From: the human T2T-CHM13v2.0 reference genome, Homo sapiens
Strand: one strand, 5' to 3'
DNA length: 64,000 nucleotides
Assembly (NCBI RefSeq): GCF_009914755.1
Contig: NC_060937.1
Part shown: positions 28,333-44,612 of the stretch, one piece after another
Position numbering within the stretch: the stretch's first letter is position 1
Layout of the letters: each line of letters starts with the position of its first letter
Notes under the pieces: model-generated
What the model was told of the DNA's origin: nothing
The model's input: the letters and a program-made list of their open reading frames with translations, nothing else
Databases searched by the model: none
Made by a program: the position numbers and the translations under genes

Positions 28333-28920
28333 CTTCTCCTCCTGCTCTGTCCCTACTTGTCCATATCTGCTGCCTACCATGTTGCTTGGAGACGTGCTGC
28401 TTTGCCAAGCTGCATCACTGCCTATCCTGGGAATGCAGTGTCTGTGCCATATGTGCTGCCACAGCACCCTGAGCATTCAATGCTTGGGGAACAGAGTGGC
28501 ATAGATGTCAGGAGGAAAGGACTCCTCAGCCCTGTGACATACTTTGTCACCTGGACCCTGGAGTAGCACTGCTGTGTCTAGAGTTTCACAATGTGTATCA
28601 TGACTAGTTTTCGTAAGTGACTAGTCTTTACACCCTAATCATAGGGGTCCTATTTCTGTCTATGGCATTTAGATAAGAAGATATGGCATCATTCCCTCCA
28701 ACCATTTTTTTTTTTGGATTCCTCCTTGCTTACCAAAAACTATTCTGCACACTAACTGCAAACCAAGAAAGCTCCTAGGCTCATGTGTAAACACCAGCTA
28801 ATGCTGGAATGTTTTTATGAGTTGGGGGACAGGGGGTATTGTCTACCTGCAGTAGTCAGACAAAAAAATGTCTTGTGATCCTCTCTCCGTCTAAGGCTTC
28901 AACTGTTTGCTAAGGATTCT

Positions 28921-29372
28921 ATTATGGTTGAATTGTATTTCCCTGCTTCCCTGCCACCCAAATTCATATGTTGAAGTTCAATACCTTAGACTGCAATGAA
29001 GTCTGTGAAGTCTCCCTTAGACTGTGATCGTTTGGAGATAGGTTCTTCACAGAGGTACTCAAGTTGAAATGAGGTCCTCAGGGTGGGCTCTAATCCAGTA
29101 TGACTGGTGTCTTTACAGCCAGGGGAAATGTGGACATAGAGACATGCATGGAGGGAGAATGGGGTGAACAGATGTAGGAGAAGATGGTCCTCTGCAAGTC
29201 ATGGAGAGATACCTGGGCCATATCCTTCCCTCACAGCCCTCACAAGGAACCAACTGTGCCAACACCTTGATTTCAGATTTTGAGTCTCCAGAACTATGAT
29301 ATAGTAAATTTTGTTGTTCAAGCCACTCAAAGGTGGCACTTTGTTAACAACAGGGCTTAGCAAACTAATACA
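28921..29372 (+). mobile_element. MLT1B/C-type solo LTR
   Basis: ttatggttgaattgt...aatccagtatgactggtgtc...gcaaactaataca. Confidence 0.75.
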
Positions 29373-29749
29373 GATTCCAAATAAAAATCTTTAGCCAAGA
29401 GCTTTCTCCCAGGAGACCTAGATTGTATATTTCTGGTTTTCAATTGAACTTTATCTGGATATCTCATAGAAACTTAACACTCAGTGTGTACCAAATAGAA
29501 CTTTCTACCTCACCCTACAAATGTACCCTTCTTGTCCTCTTCAGCTTTCCAGCCTCTAGAGTAGAAATCTGTACCATGTCATGGCAGCTGTGCTGGGCAC
29601 TGCCCTGAGCTGCCAGGCTTTCCCATGTGTTCATCTGTACCACTACATATTACTAATCTTCCTGCCCTCAGCCTCTCCCCTCCAATTCATCATCCACAAA
29701 GCCACCAGAGTGACCTTTAAAAATGCAAATTTGATCCTTTCCTTGGAGA

Positions 29750-30830
29750 AAGGACTCAGTATTGTTGGGGGCTTTGGCTAGATCTCCTACGCCATATTGT
29801 TTCCCCCAAATAAAGTCCACATAGTTTTAAAGAGATCCCTTAGAGAGCTAGAAGAACACGTAAATGAATTATAAAAACTCTTTTGAGGAGTGAAAAGACC
29901 TCTCTACACATGAAACAATACTTAGTAATCAGAAAAGAAAATACTAATACATGAGACTACCTGCACATAAAAAATGACCCTGTCATGGAAAATACCAAGA
30001 AGAAGGTTGGAAAACAAAATACAAACTGGAAACAAATTTACATGTATGTCAGAAAAAGAATTAAGGTCTTTCATATATTAAAAACCCTCACAAATCAGAA
30101 AGAAAGAGAAATAAGCAACATGGTAGAAGAGAAGACAACACCAACTGGCCAGTCACAGAGAGACACAAATGTCCAATAATTGTGAAAATGCCCGGCACCT
30201 TTCATAATGGAGGAGATGCAAAAACCAACAATAAGATGCTATTTCCACCCTATCAGATGGGCCAGAATTATGACCTTGGTGGTCGAGGATATGATGGAGG
30301 AGGCATTCTCATGCCCTCTCGGTGGGAATAGGAAAATGGTACAACTTACTGGTAGGGAAATTTGTCAGTGCTTTTTGAGTTAAGGATGCAGATAGCTCTG
30401 GTTCCAGCATCAACTGCTAGAAATTTATTCTTTACATACACTTGCATTTGTATGTAATAATAATATATGTACCATTCATTGCATTGAATACATATATATT
30501 TATATGTACACACACACACGCAATACAAGACTGGAAACAACTTAAACATCCATTGACAGGGTGCTAGTTAAATTATGGTACAAGATGTAATGGAATACCA
30601 AAGCTTTCCAAAATATGTTATTAAGGGAAAAGTAAGTTATTGAACAGAATGTACATCATGATTCCATTTGTGGATATGCATGTGTTTTAAAATATATGTA
30701 TATGTGTATATGCGTTAAAATTTCCAGGATACATAAATAGCAGTATACAGCAGTTATTTCATTAAGGAACTGGAGGCTTGAGACATTTATTTCATAGCCT
30801 TCTTTCCTACTTCAATATTTTAAAATGGTG
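29750..30830 (+). mobile_element. Old L1M(E) 3' fragments
   Basis: A-rich; ggtgggaataggaaaatggtacaac, ctggaaacaacttaaacatccattgacagg. Confidence 0.55.
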
Positions 30831-32156
30831 TGCAGCTGGTAGCTTCACAGTGTAAAAGCTAGACAATTTAGGTAGTTTGAATCGAAGTACTTAAAGAAAT
30901 TAAAAACAAGTCTAATGGTGTCACATTCTTGCCTAAAATCCTTTAGTAGCAAAGTCCTGGAATGGCACGGTGCTTGTGATGAGAGCTCCCCTGCTCAGCC
31001 CACCTGTCCCAAGGAAAACTCTGGAATGCTCCCAAATCTGCCATGTCCTTCCAGAACACACACATGGAAGATGTGTCTGTCACCTGAGAATTCAGTGCCA
31101 CCTGATATAGCAAAACATCAATGGACAGGAGCCTTGAAGATTTCTGAATAATTTGTGTCTAACTAAAACAATTCCTTCAGGTTTCAACTCTAGTAGAATA
31201 ATCTTTCCAAAATGCCTGAGTTTACTTTCCTGCCTTTGTAAATCCAAAGCAGTAAATCTAAATTTATGTCATTTTTTTTCCTCCCTTCATTGCAGTATTT
31301 CAGTAAATCTTAGTAATACGGTGCTGTAGAGAGGCAAGTATAGAATTTAGGACTAAATATGAACTGAGACCAGAAAATTTCTCAATTAAAAACATTTACA
31401 AAATGAAATATTTAGTTTTTTGCATTTTCTTTTATAAATTTAGGAACATATATCTGCTTAACTTTGGGTTCCAGAGACACAAGATTTCATTTTTAGGATT
31501 GTAGTCAGTACCTACAATCTGAGAAGTCTTCTTAGCAATCGAGAACACAATGAATAATGATGCTTCCCTCAGAATCAGCATGAAGTGTCAGCCCTAGAGG
31601 AAGTTGATGCAGGAAATTCGAGCCACTAGTCTACCCCCATAGGCAAAACATTCATGTGGCATATTTACAAAATCATAACACAAATTTTGTCTTAAAGACA
31701 AGAAAACATCCAGTGGATGTAAGGCTTATTGAAACCATGATGACTCCCCATCTCATCTCCCCTCTGGTGATTGGGAACAGCTGGGGAGAGCACCCTTTTG
31801 AATTTCCAGGGCTGGTTCTGTGTCTCTCTGCAGGGTGGTGGTGGTCACAGGCCTGCAGAGATGGGAGAGAAACACCACTGCTATTTGCTGTGGTGGCTGC
31901 CTGGAGTGGAGAGGTTAGCATCTGGAGTTTTCTGTCTTGCCAGGTTGCCCCATCTACATAGAGGGAGTAGGCTTTCCTTGGGGCTTTTCTGTCTGTGCTT
32001 GTTGGAGTTTCTGGGTTGCTGTCTTCTCTAACACCCAGTCTGGGATATATGAAGCAAAAAGAAAACCCAGGTCCTCAGAACCCAAGACCTCAGCCAGCTT
32101 GCCTGGGCTAGGCTTGGGCCACCCTACATTTGGAGGAAGCTGGGGGGGGGGTCTCA

Positions 32157-32880
<724 letters not shown>

Positions 32881-34596
32881 CGAGTGTGATTTTCACTTGG
32901 AAATTTCAAGAAATATATCTGTCTTCCACCAGGCTTGTCAAAATTTGCCAATTTCTAGAATTGCGTATGATTCATAATTACTAATCAGAGCATAAGAGAT
33001 GAATCCCCGAGCCAGTGAGTTGGATGGAGAATGTCTCCCAGAGACAGTGAATGCCCTTGTTCCTAAAACGGTCAGCTGCAGGCTGGTGACTCTCGGGGCC
33101 AGGAGAGTGGCTTAGAGCCTCCGGGGAGCCTGGGTGCAAGCTGAATTGTGGAATTGATCAGTACAGCTTGAGCCCTCTTCCATACTCCTGGGAAGGTGAT
33201 TCTGAGAGAAGAACTAGGAGGAAGTGGCTCTGGCATGATAATTGGGCCCCCAGGAAAATGATGGTGGCTGATTGTCTCAGCTTCTGATGACACCAGCCCT
33301 TTCCAGCTAGCCCCTCTGGAGAGCCTGGGAACCCTGCCAGGTTGGCCCTAGACTGATATCCTGTTTGATTTTGTGTCCTTCTTATGCCTTTGGGGACAGA
33401 GATGGGATGTTCTTTGTGATCTCTACACATTACTTTTGTTCTTCTTCCCAATTTTGGCTCCGTAGCAAAAACTCTGACTCCTTTGGGCTCCTCCTGGGAT
33501 GGAGAATTTTACTGGGCTGGGGCTGCGTTTACCCACACTGTCCTGGGGCCTCTCTACTTGCAAACCTTCTTCTGCAGCCTTGGCTTGTGCCTGACAGACT
33601 TGCCGCGTATGAGGTGGGCCCCATGCTTCCAGAATTCCCTGGCAATTCTTCCATCACTTCCCACAGGTGCACACAATGCCACCCCCACTGGGGTACCCAC
33701 AACAGGGTAAAGGCAAGAGCATGCTCAGCTTGATTCTAAAAACACTATGTGTTCCCGAACTGTCTGCCATGGAAATGACCAGGGACATTTTAAAAAAAAC
33801 ATTGAAGAAAACCCAGCAAGAATCCTTGGGAATTCAAGCAAGCACTGGGGAAGCTCCTTGTGGGTGGCATTAGAGAGGAGAAATGAATGAACTGGTAGAA
33901 AAGGGGCCTGAGAGACCAAGGAGCAGGCTGTGGTGGAAGGTGCTCTGAGCCTGCCTCAGATGTGCCTGCCAGAGATGGAGATGAGTATGGCTGTGGCCCT
34001 GGTAACTCAGCAACTTCCCATCATTTGCGATTGCCATATTTTAGTAGTTTTTTTTTTGAATAATGCATAATGTGAGCTGGTACAAAAGGAAGTGTTTATT
34101 ACGGGAATAAGGTGAACTGGGCAGCACTGAATACTCAACAGTGGTGCTCAGAAACATTCGAGTCAATGTAATAATTAAGCTTATTAACGTGGCTGGGCAC
34201 TGTCAACATGTCAAGTGTAATAAGCAGTATCATAGCTGTGACTGGGGCTGAATGAGAAGAAAAAGCCTTATTTCTAATTAACTTTCCCTTTGGGGACATC
34301 TGTCAACCTCTGCCTCTCTTCTAGTGATATCATTATCTCCTCCTGAAGTCACTCCATGAGAGGATGGGAAGGGCCTGGGGGGAGTATCAGGCCAAATTCG
34401 AGTGGTAGCTCTGTCATCTGGAACCTGGGCCACTTCCGGCATGTCACTGTTGCATGTCCCCCTTGCACCCCAGCTCCTTATCTGTGCAATGGGACAATAA
34501 GACTCATCCTGAGGGTGGCTCAGAGGACCAGTGCTAATGTAGGTCAATGCTAGCACACACTGTTCCCCAGGTGGAGCATGTCTTCTCCTGGACTGA

Positions 34597-34888
<292 letters not shown>

Positions 34889-34955
34889 AAGAACAAATCT
34901 TAACTCTTCCTTATTCCAGTGCCTCTCCTCTATCATTTTTCTTTTTTATTAAAAC

Positions 34956-35226
34956 ATTTTTTTAGGGACAGGGTCTCTCTCTGTAGCCCAGGCTGAATTG
35001 CAGTGTTGTGATCATGGCTCACTGTTACAATCCTCCCACCTCAGTCTCCTGAGTAGCTGGGATTACAGGCACACACCACCATGCCTGATTAATTTTTAAA
35101 TTTTTTGTAGAGATGAGGTCTTGCTGTGTTGCCCAGGCTAGTCTCAAACTCTTGGCCTCAAGTGATCCTCCCTTCTCGGCCTCCCAAAGTGCTCGGATTA
35201 TAGGCATGAGCCACTGCACCCAGCCT
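34956..35226 (-). mobile_element. AluJ
   Basis: Alu dimer with an internal deletion. Confidence 0.88.
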
Positions 35227-35325
35227 CTTAACATTTTTCTTGACAGAACTACCATTCTTGAATTTGGGATAAATGAGCTGTGTGTAATTGCCCTGAGGGG
35301 CAAATATTATAATTCCCACATTACG

Positions 35326-35811
35326 TGACAAAGATTCTTTGCTTGACCAAACTTTAGTCAGGCTCCCGAATCTTTTCCTAGGTCCATCTGTGCACTTCCT
35401 TATAAAATCCAGTTTTAGCAAGAACCCTGCTAAGTTGGTTTAACAAGAACCGCTACCCTCAATATCTGATCTCCCTCGATATCTAATGAGGTTCTTCATC
35501 CTCCACCACCACCTGGTTAATATCTGATCACCTGACCCATCTTTAGCAAGAATCCCATTAGGTTGGTTTACTCAGAATTCCCCATGCCCCTGATGTTTCC
35601 TCTTAGTGATTTTCCATCCACTGACCTCTACCCTGCTCCTTGGGTATAAATTCTCACTTGCCTATGATGTATTTGGACTTGAGCCCAAGCTCTTTCTCCT
35701 CCTGCAAAATCTGATTGCTGTGGTCTCTAAACTTACCACAGTGGTTCTGAATAAAGTCTACTTACTCTTACTGTGCTTTAACAAATGTTAATGATAATTT
35801 TTTCTTTAACA
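35326..35811 (+). mobile_element. MER31-like ERV1 solo LTR
   Basis: tgacaaagattctttgcttgaccaaactttagtcaggctc...aataaa...ctttaaca. Confidence 0.7.
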
Positions 35812-36103
35812 ATAGATGAGGAAATGGAGGGGGAGAACAGTAAGTGATTAGTAAGCAACTAGCCCAGGACTAGCTCCAAAGCGAGCAACCCAGTGCCACT
35901 GATTGACAAGCACACAGATGAAACTCAATCCTGTTTTTACCTCCTCCATGTTTCACAGTGAATTCCCTACTATCCTAGGCAGATGGCTAAAGGGTTGGGT
36001 TGGGCTGGTGGCTGCTATGGACACAAATCTATAAATTGTTCTAAAATCTAGCTACTCAAAGTGTGGTCCATGGATAAGGGAGCTTGTTAAAAAGACCAAA
36101 TCT

Positions 36104-36383
36104 GGCCAGGCACGGTGGCTCACGCCTATAATCCCAGCAATTTGGGAAGCTGAGGAGGGAGGATTGCTTGAGCCCAGAAGTTGAGACAATCCTGGTCAAC
36201 AGAGTGAGACCTGATCTCTTTAATAATCATAAATTAGCCAGGAGTGGTGGCATGCACCCGTGGTCCCAGCTACTTAGGAGGCTGAGGTGGAAGAATCACT
36301 TGAACCTGGGAGGTGGAGGCTGCTGTGAGCTGTTCTCACGCCACTGGGCAAGAGAGTGAGACCCTGTCTAAAGAAAAAAGAAA
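36104..36383 (+). mobile_element. AluJ inserted in a MER5A-like element (about 36040-36480)
   Basis: Alu dimer; flanks gctactcaaagtgtggtcc and gaatctgcttttaaacaagat...cacattaaagtttga. Confidence 0.85.
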
Positions 36384-37265
36384 GGTCAGATCTCAAATCT
36401 CAGATCTGCTGAATGAGAATCTGCTTTTAAACAAGATTACCAGGTAGTTGTCCTGCACATTAAAGTTTGAACATCGTAGCTCTAAAATGCCCATGGAAAT
36501 GGAATAAGATGGAGAAAACTGTTGATCAGTAGTACCTTTCTGGCGGTGCGATGGGTTGGGTGGGATGCCTACTCTAGAGTTTACAAGAGTTTATTTGATA
36601 AGCCATGGGGTGGGGATGGAGGTATAAGCAGCTGCTGTGTGTGTGTAAGAACTGATCCTTCTCCCACTACCCCTATGTTCAAGTAAAACAGATCTTAGTC
36701 CCTAAATTGTGTTCTAATGAGGATGGGTCTGGTTAATTGCAGGCTTTTGTTTTGTGGAGTGGTGCTCACAAGTTGGGATTCTGCTGCTGTAAGGATTCTC
36801 CCCTGTTCTTCCCCCTCGTAGGATTCAACCAGCCCCCTCTTAATAAACATTTAATAAACACTTACTGCACCATTTGTAGGGGCTCCACTTTATCCATTAC
36901 CAAGATGGCATAGGACCCTGAGTCTATCTGGGGAGGTGCAGGTATCCCAGTCAAACCCTGCTTCCAGGGCCTCAGGGAATCCAGCAACTCTCTGGATGCT
37001 CTTAAATGTGGGAGTCCCTATCCCAAGCTTTTGAGTAGGAAGATGGACTTACAGTCCTGTTCCTTCAGAGACCCTCTCTCTGTTTCTCGTTTTAGCCTCC
37101 TTCTTGAGGAGGTTTGGGGTCCGTGTGCCCAGGATGCCCCTCAGTCCCCTCTGGGCCCTGGGTCATGCTGGATCAGAGAGGGAGCCACCTGCTAGGGGCA
37201 CCTTCCCCACCCAGGGCACTCTGAAGAAAGCAGGGATCTTTGGATGCATTATGTCAGATGCTCAC

Positions 37266-37307
37266 CATTTTCTTCCTTTTTTTGCTGTACTTTAGTGTTA
37301 ACATGCT
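37266..37307 (-). CDS. ERICH6B: ERICH6B coding exon 5
   Basis: tttttAG|AGCATG...AATG|GTGAGC; 42 nt, phase 1 to 1; EHVNTKVQQKKEEN. Confidence 0.88.
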
Positions 37308-37935
37308 CTAAAAAAGAATAAGAAAAATTATTAACAGGATACGGTATAGTGAACTAGTCCAGACCTTTTAATCCCTTATGGAATCAATTTAAAAATCATC
37401 TCCTAGATATCTGGGAAGCCTCAGGGTGGAGTGCCTGTGTTTTGGGATAAAAGCCTTCCTTGATCTTCAGCAGTTGGAGGCCCGCAGAACATGCTCACCG
37501 AATATTGATTCCCCTCCCTTTATTCTTATTGTATCTTGCCCACTAGAGTTCAGGTTCTGAGAGGGTGAGATGGGTTTTGTCTACTTTATATCCTGCCTCA
37601 TATACAGTAGGGATGTAGTAAATGTCATTGCATGAACTAAGTATGGGTAACAACATTATCTACCCTCCTAATTGCAGTGATAAATATTATTTCCTCTCCT
37701 TTCAAAATGCCAGCGCACTTAACTTTCTGGTTCAATGTGTTACTTGAGCCTGGAGCCTCAACATTAAATTCCAGAAATAATGCCTTGGCCATTGGCCTCC
37801 ATTAAGCCTGCTCTGTTCTAAAATGGCCAACAGCATGCTCTCCTTGGCTGGGGGCAGGCTAATTCTGTGCTTCTTACCTTCTCTGGGATGGATGACTAAC
37901 TTCTACAGATCATTTAAAATCATCATAAACTTTAC

Positions 37936-37998
37936 CTTCCGGAGCCAGCTTCGTGGTGGTTTCTTGCTCTGTTTCTGATTTCGATTTTAAAGATTTTA
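37936..37998 (-). CDS. ERICH6B: ERICH6B coding exon 4
   Basis: ttttaacAG|TAAAATC...GAAG|GTAAAG; 63 nt, phase 1 to 1; VKSLKSKSETEQETTTKLAPE. Confidence 0.9.
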
Positions 37999-38721
37999 CT
38001 GTTAAAAGGCAGAAGAGGGTGGCTATTAATGATTTAAACCTTACATTTTCCAGTGGGTTCATACTGGGTATGTGGGGTCCCAGGTTCTTTCTTGGCACCC
38101 AAGGCTGGTCAACAGTTGGGGGGAACTGAGGCTGGCGGCACAGCTGGCATATATAGATGCCCCACTGCACCCCACCCTCTTTGGCTTTGGTAAATCACTC
38201 TAGGATTGCAATAAATTAGTCGTCAGAAAATGTAACCCTGTTGTGGCCTTCTCCTCTGGTTACCATGAGGCTAGTTTTGGTCCTCAGAATAGCTGGAAGG
38301 GCTGAGGCAGGGTAAGAGGAAGACTTTAGAGGTATCCCTCCTGCTGTAGGAACCATAGAACCAAGTGGCTCCAAGGCCATGTAGACACACAATGCGGTGT
38401 GCCTGTCACTGTACAAAGTAGTGTGTCTGCTCTGTGGCCATGGGGTGTGTGATGGGGACTGGATGGGAAACATGGGGATTGCCTAGGATAGATCTGCTAA
38501 GATTTGCAATGGGAAGCTACTGTATATATATATTTAGGACTTTTGTAAGTTCTTGATTACCCTTGTTTTCTGTCTTCTGGAACTTTATGATCCCTGTTCC
38601 TTTTTGCCTCTTTCCCTAGTGTTTGTCTTCCTACTCCTGAATGCTAAATACATGTGTGTACATGTGTGTGTACACACACTCAAAGACAGACACACACATA
38701 CACATCCTACATTCCATTCTT

Positions 38722-39009
<288 letters not shown>

Positions 39010-40881
39010 CATTCCATTCTTAATAGCAGGGACTAATAGGCCCATGATGAAAAAGCCAAGTAAACTGCTCCATTAGCTTATGGGAGTGTCCTAAATTCAA
39101 GATGGACAGGGTACAAAAACAAAAACTTGTGTTGTGGCCTGTGGCGTTAAGAGGACTTTGAACACTTGCCATATCAGTGCCTATTAGTTCTTCAGCAAGA
39201 GGCCGGCACTTCTACAGACAAGGAGCTCTCCAATTTCAAGAAAACTCACTGTGCCATGGCACAGTTCTGACTGTTAGGAATAATTTCTTTTCTTAAAATA
39301 TTTCTCTAGGATTGCATTAGTGTCCTATTCTAGCCCTTCAGTCTGGAGTGTAAGACTCAGGTCTTGGTTTTGTGTGGCAGATTGTCAAATATTTAAAGTC
39401 AGTTTTTACATCTCAGTCGTGTGTCTTTCAGACTTAACATCCTCCTTTGCTTCAGCAGTTCTTTGTGTGACGTAGTCTCCAGGTTACTGTCCAGGACACC
39501 AGCCCTTCTGTTGAGCCCCCACCAAGCTCCTTCTAGTTCTTAGAGAGTGTGGTGTCCCCCAAACTGAACGCGCCATTCCAGGGATGGCACTCCAATGCAG
39601 GGCACAGCAGGATGAAATCCTCTCTACATAACCTTTCAGTTGTATCTGGTTGTGTTAACTTTTCTGGCAGTGACATCAATTATACTGTTGAATTATTGAG
39701 CTTGTGGTTGAAGAAAGCATCTAACAACAAACAGGGCTTCCTTACTCTGCACTTCTCCAGCCTGCTGTTTTTGGGGGCCTGATAGCAGGATCTGATATCA
39801 ATGACCAATATCTTTCATCTAGCTAATTCTGGTCTGATGTTTCTGCCTGCCAAAATCTTTTAGAATCTGACTATGTTATCCTCAGCATTCAACAGCTTCA
39901 GGGCATCTACAAATATAAATATTCCTTCTAAATCTGCATCCAAGCCTATTATAAAAAATGTTGTACTGGACAGAGCTCCACGGCTCTCTGCTGGAAACTG
40001 GGTTGACTCTGATCTATGAAACAGCATCTTGAGGTGCTGTTCAGTCAGTTATTAGTGATGACATCATCTTACAGTAGCACCCACCTAATATATCTCTATC
40101 TTGTCCAGGAACATCAGGAAACCTTTGGAAATGAAATGCCTTGTGGAATTTCGCCCTATGGGGTTTCCACAGTTCCCTAATCTGATAACCTTGTCAAAAA
40201 GTGACCTAAAAGCCAGTATTATGTAATTGGCTTCTATTGATCTTAGGCTGGTTTCTTGTGGTCATTTTGCTCTCAGTATTTATCCCAGATTGGTCACAGA
40301 CTCATTTCACCAACTTCCCACAATTCCTCAAAAACCAGAAGCATGATTAAGCTATTCTCTCAGTACGTACAAATTCTGGAGTATATTTTATCCAGATGAG
40401 GAGACAGCAGTTACCATTCTCTTTTGATTTCTTTTCACCAATCTTTAGTTCCTGCTATTTCTCAACTAATTTTGTTGCACTCTTTTCAGTTTGAGGATAA
40501 TTTTCTTTTACAGTAAGTCAAAATTAAATAGCAATTAAACAACTTGATTTTTCCCTGAATCATTAATCAGCACTACACTAAACAGTACTAGCCTGTCTGT
40601 CTTGACTTTTTTTGGCTCAATTCTATTTTAAATGGGCCTCTGTCTTTTGTTGCTGCCTGTATGATCACTATTATTATTATTATGTTTTGGTAAGAATGTT
40701 TATCCTGGGATTGATTCAGTTTTCCTGACACTATTCTTAAAGTTCACAGCCATTTTCCTACATTTATTGTTGAGAGCATCCTCATCTTTTTAACCTCTGC
40801 ATGTGATATTTCAAAATCTGAGTCCACTGAAGGAAGCACACCAGTTTGCACTTTTGAGAGCTTTCAATCCTCTTCCCCATC

Positions 40882-41244
40882 TGATATGGTTTGGCTGTGT
40901 CCCTACCCAAATCTCATCTTGAATTGTAGCTCTTGTAATTCCCATATGTTGTGGGAGGGACCTGCTGGGAGATAACTGAATCATGGGGGCGGTTTCCCCC
41001 ATACTGTTCTTGTAGTGATGAATAAGTCTCATGGACCTGATGGTTTTATAAGGGGAAACTTCTTTCGTTTGGTTCTCAGTTCTCTCTCTTGCCTGCTGCC
41101 ATGTAAGATGTGCCTTTCCCTTCTGCCATGATTGTGAGGCCTCCCCAGCCACGTGGAACTGTGAGTCCATTAAACATCTTTTTCTTTATAAATTACCCAG
41201 TCTCAGGTATGTCTTTATCAGCAGCATGAAAACAGACTAATACA
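40882..41244 (+). mobile_element. THE1D/MSTA-type solo LTR
   Basis: tgatatggtttggctgtg...aacagactaataca; perfect 5-bp TSD ccatc. Confidence 0.9.
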
Positions 41245-44200
41245 CCATCTGACCTCTCCTTACACCTCTGCGTATTCTCACCCACATTTCTATACACACA
41301 ATGTCTCTATGTGTACGTAGTTCTATCTACAGAGCTTCTTTCCTACGAAGACTGGTTTTTTGTACTAGGATATATCCTTTTATCACCATGATCTGACCTT
41401 GAATCAGATGAGCATTCAACAACAATTTCACAAGTATTTAATAAATATTCATTTGTGGTTACTATGTGCCAGGCACTAAGTATGGAGAATTTCTGTGAGC
41501 ATGGATGTAATGCTCTGCGTTAGAATTTCTGGCTGACTTGGTTTATGATCCTGCTCTGTGCCTGGATAGACACATGAGGCCATAACTAGTGTTTCCAGTG
41601 CTCCAGAGCGTCTCCTCATATGGATCACGAGGCATTTCCTGTGCCTGTTGCAGCCTTTCCACGTCAGACCTGCCACCCTCTGGAGTCATAGGTCCCAAGT
41701 ATTTACCTGGGTATTTTTTCCTCCATATTTGGCCAAAGTCCTATTTGTCGAGAAAGGCTGAGCCATGTGGAACACGATTTTTGACTCATTGTGGTTGAAC
41801 AATTCCATAATAAAATCATGCTTTGGAAGCGGGTGCCTTGAAACCAATTCATCTTAAACTAGAAGTTCTCCATTTCCTCATTGTTCGTGTCCCCAAGCAT
41901 CCTCTGGGGATCTGGTTAAGAATGCAGATTCCAGGATGTTTCAGGCAGGGGTTCTGATAAGCGCTGAAAAGCTACATTTTCACGACTGCTTGGTGACAGG
42001 GACACCCAGTTCTGGGCCTCCTGGAGCAGCAGTGCCCATGCCTGGCTTCGTCTTTGCTGACTCCCGCGGGCCTCAGCTCCACGTGCCCAGTTCTTTGGGT
42101 TGTGTTTGCTGTGGTCACCTGTGTTTCTCCAAGTGACCAGGCGGCTTCTTCCCTGGGCTGAAAGCTCTGCTTGTCTGCATCTGCCATGCTTGGGAATCCT
42201 TAGTAATGTGTACCCCACCTGCAGGAAGACCGCTTTCCCCTCCTGCACGGATGGTTTTCCTGCGTCCCTTTCCTCCACCTCCTCCTGACTGGGTTTTGCA
42301 CTTCCCTACCTTCCTGGAGTTTTGTGCTTCCTGGTTCATCTTTGTCGCCATCTTCAGGCATGTGGCCAGCCTGTGTTTTACACCAAGCAAGGGAACATGG
42401 ACACTGCTCAGTGCTCCTTGGTTCATTTGGGACTTTCATCAGAGTATGCTTGTTTGGAGTGAAAACTGGAGCATTTCAAAGTCAGTTCGCAGTATGGCTT
42501 GGTAGAGAGCGTGGCTAGGTAGCTGGTTGCCTTTTCCCTCTCTCAGCAGGGCTCACAGGACCTAGGCTTCCCTGACCCTAGAAGGCTGCCATTGGGGATG
42601 GAATATTCCTTTCCATGGCTTTCTTGATAGCTGACTGGCTGTCTAGCCCATAAACATACTTATGGCATTTAATGGTGACCCAGGACCCAGGAGCTGCTAA
42701 ATCTATTCATTCTTTGTCCCTCTTTGTCACACTTGCGCCGTTCTGTTGGCCAGACACAATCATATACCTGTTGCCACCAATGCTCTCCAGAAAGATAGAT
42801 TGGAAACTACAGACAGAAGGGGAGAGAAAAACCTCCATGAATTTTTAGGGAATTGCTTGCCTTTCCTTGTGTTTCAATCTTTGTTCTAATGACCATCCCC
42901 CCACCCCAAGTAACTGCAGGAAACTGGGGTGTCATTGAGCCTGGCTTAGAGGCTCCAACACAGTCCATATCTTTGACTCAAGCCACCAATGTCACAATAT
43001 TTGATCAGTGGACATTTCCTGTGGGTGGTCAGACTTTTACTAAACACTCAGTATATGTTGGCTTTAAGGAACTCCAAGACATAGCTGCAAAATGTGCCCA
43101 TACAGACCGAATATACATGGTGATTACAACCTCAATGAAATACAGACATAATTAGCTCTATTAATAATGCTAATGAAGGGCCAATGAAACAATGATTTCA
43201 ATGGGGCCCCTCTCGGGGCTGGGTCCACAGTGGTGTGAACAGGCTCGAGTCCCCTCTGTTGCATACCCCAGCCTTTTCCCATTACCTTTCTCCTCTCCCA
43301 CATCCTCTCAAGCTTAGCATTGGCACTTGACTGGCAATTACTCAGGAAATGACTTTCAGAATCCTTCTTATGAATATTTAGATAAATGCTCAGATTTTCT
43401 CGGTGGTCATGCTTACTGACTTTGAGATGGCTCCAGTTCTTGGGGCTCCGTGGGAGCACACACGCTGAAAAAGGTCCCCAGTGAACCGATGTAGCCTGTG
43501 AAACACTCCTCAGCACATGCTGGCGGTGTGTGCCTGTCCTCTGCCTCTCCATTCTCCCTTATAGGGTTTCTGGCTCCTAATTTCATTTAACCACATTGGA
43601 GCTACAAAATTTAGCAGCCACGGATAGGGGCAGGGAGGGGAGGTGATGGGGGAATCTAATTTACTGCTGCCATGACTACAGATGTGAAATAAATCTGTGA
43701 ATCAGTGATGGATCGATCCCACTAAAGCTGGATTTAAATAATTAATAACGGCAAGAAATGCTATTCGGTCTTCCACCCCCAGGGTCCCAGAGTGAGGATT
43801 TGGGGGTTTAATTGGGTAGAGAATGAAGACCCTTAATGCAATTTTGCCGGACTCTCTCCTGTGTGTCTTAGCTGTAGCCACGAAAGTTCACTACATGGAT
43901 AGTTTTGGTGGGTTCTGAATCAGGGCTGGCTTTGACCCCCACTGAGACTGTCTGAGGTGGGCCCATGTCCCATTTTCCATTTTCCACATGATTATCTGGA
44001 TATGGCCTGTCACCCCAGGGAGCCAGTGTGTAATCTGGGAAGAAAATGGCCTGTGTCCCTGAGGGAAATTGTGCCTGTGTTCATGTAGAACAAGAATAGG
44101 AAGACGAATGAAAAACAGGGGAAGAGACGGAAAGATGGAAGAAGCTATTTGTTTCAGTACTTTGCTGATGCTCTTTCTCTGAGGGGGGTCTGGGATGGGA

Positions 44201-44321
44201 TGAAACAGGAAGCAAGGCTAGGAGAGGAGTTAACATCTTACCCAAAATGAGACCTCAGAGGGCAACAGAAACAGTAGGATATCATTAGCATGAAAGGCAA
44301 TACTCGAGCCACAATATTTCA

Positions 44322-44612
<291 letters not shown>

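Noticed and set aside
27888-28566. Six overlapping ORFs (up to 197 aa) and a CRISPR-like appearance
   Set aside because: Produced by a stop-free 34-bp tandem unit; no unique spacers or cas genes, and the context is eukaryotic
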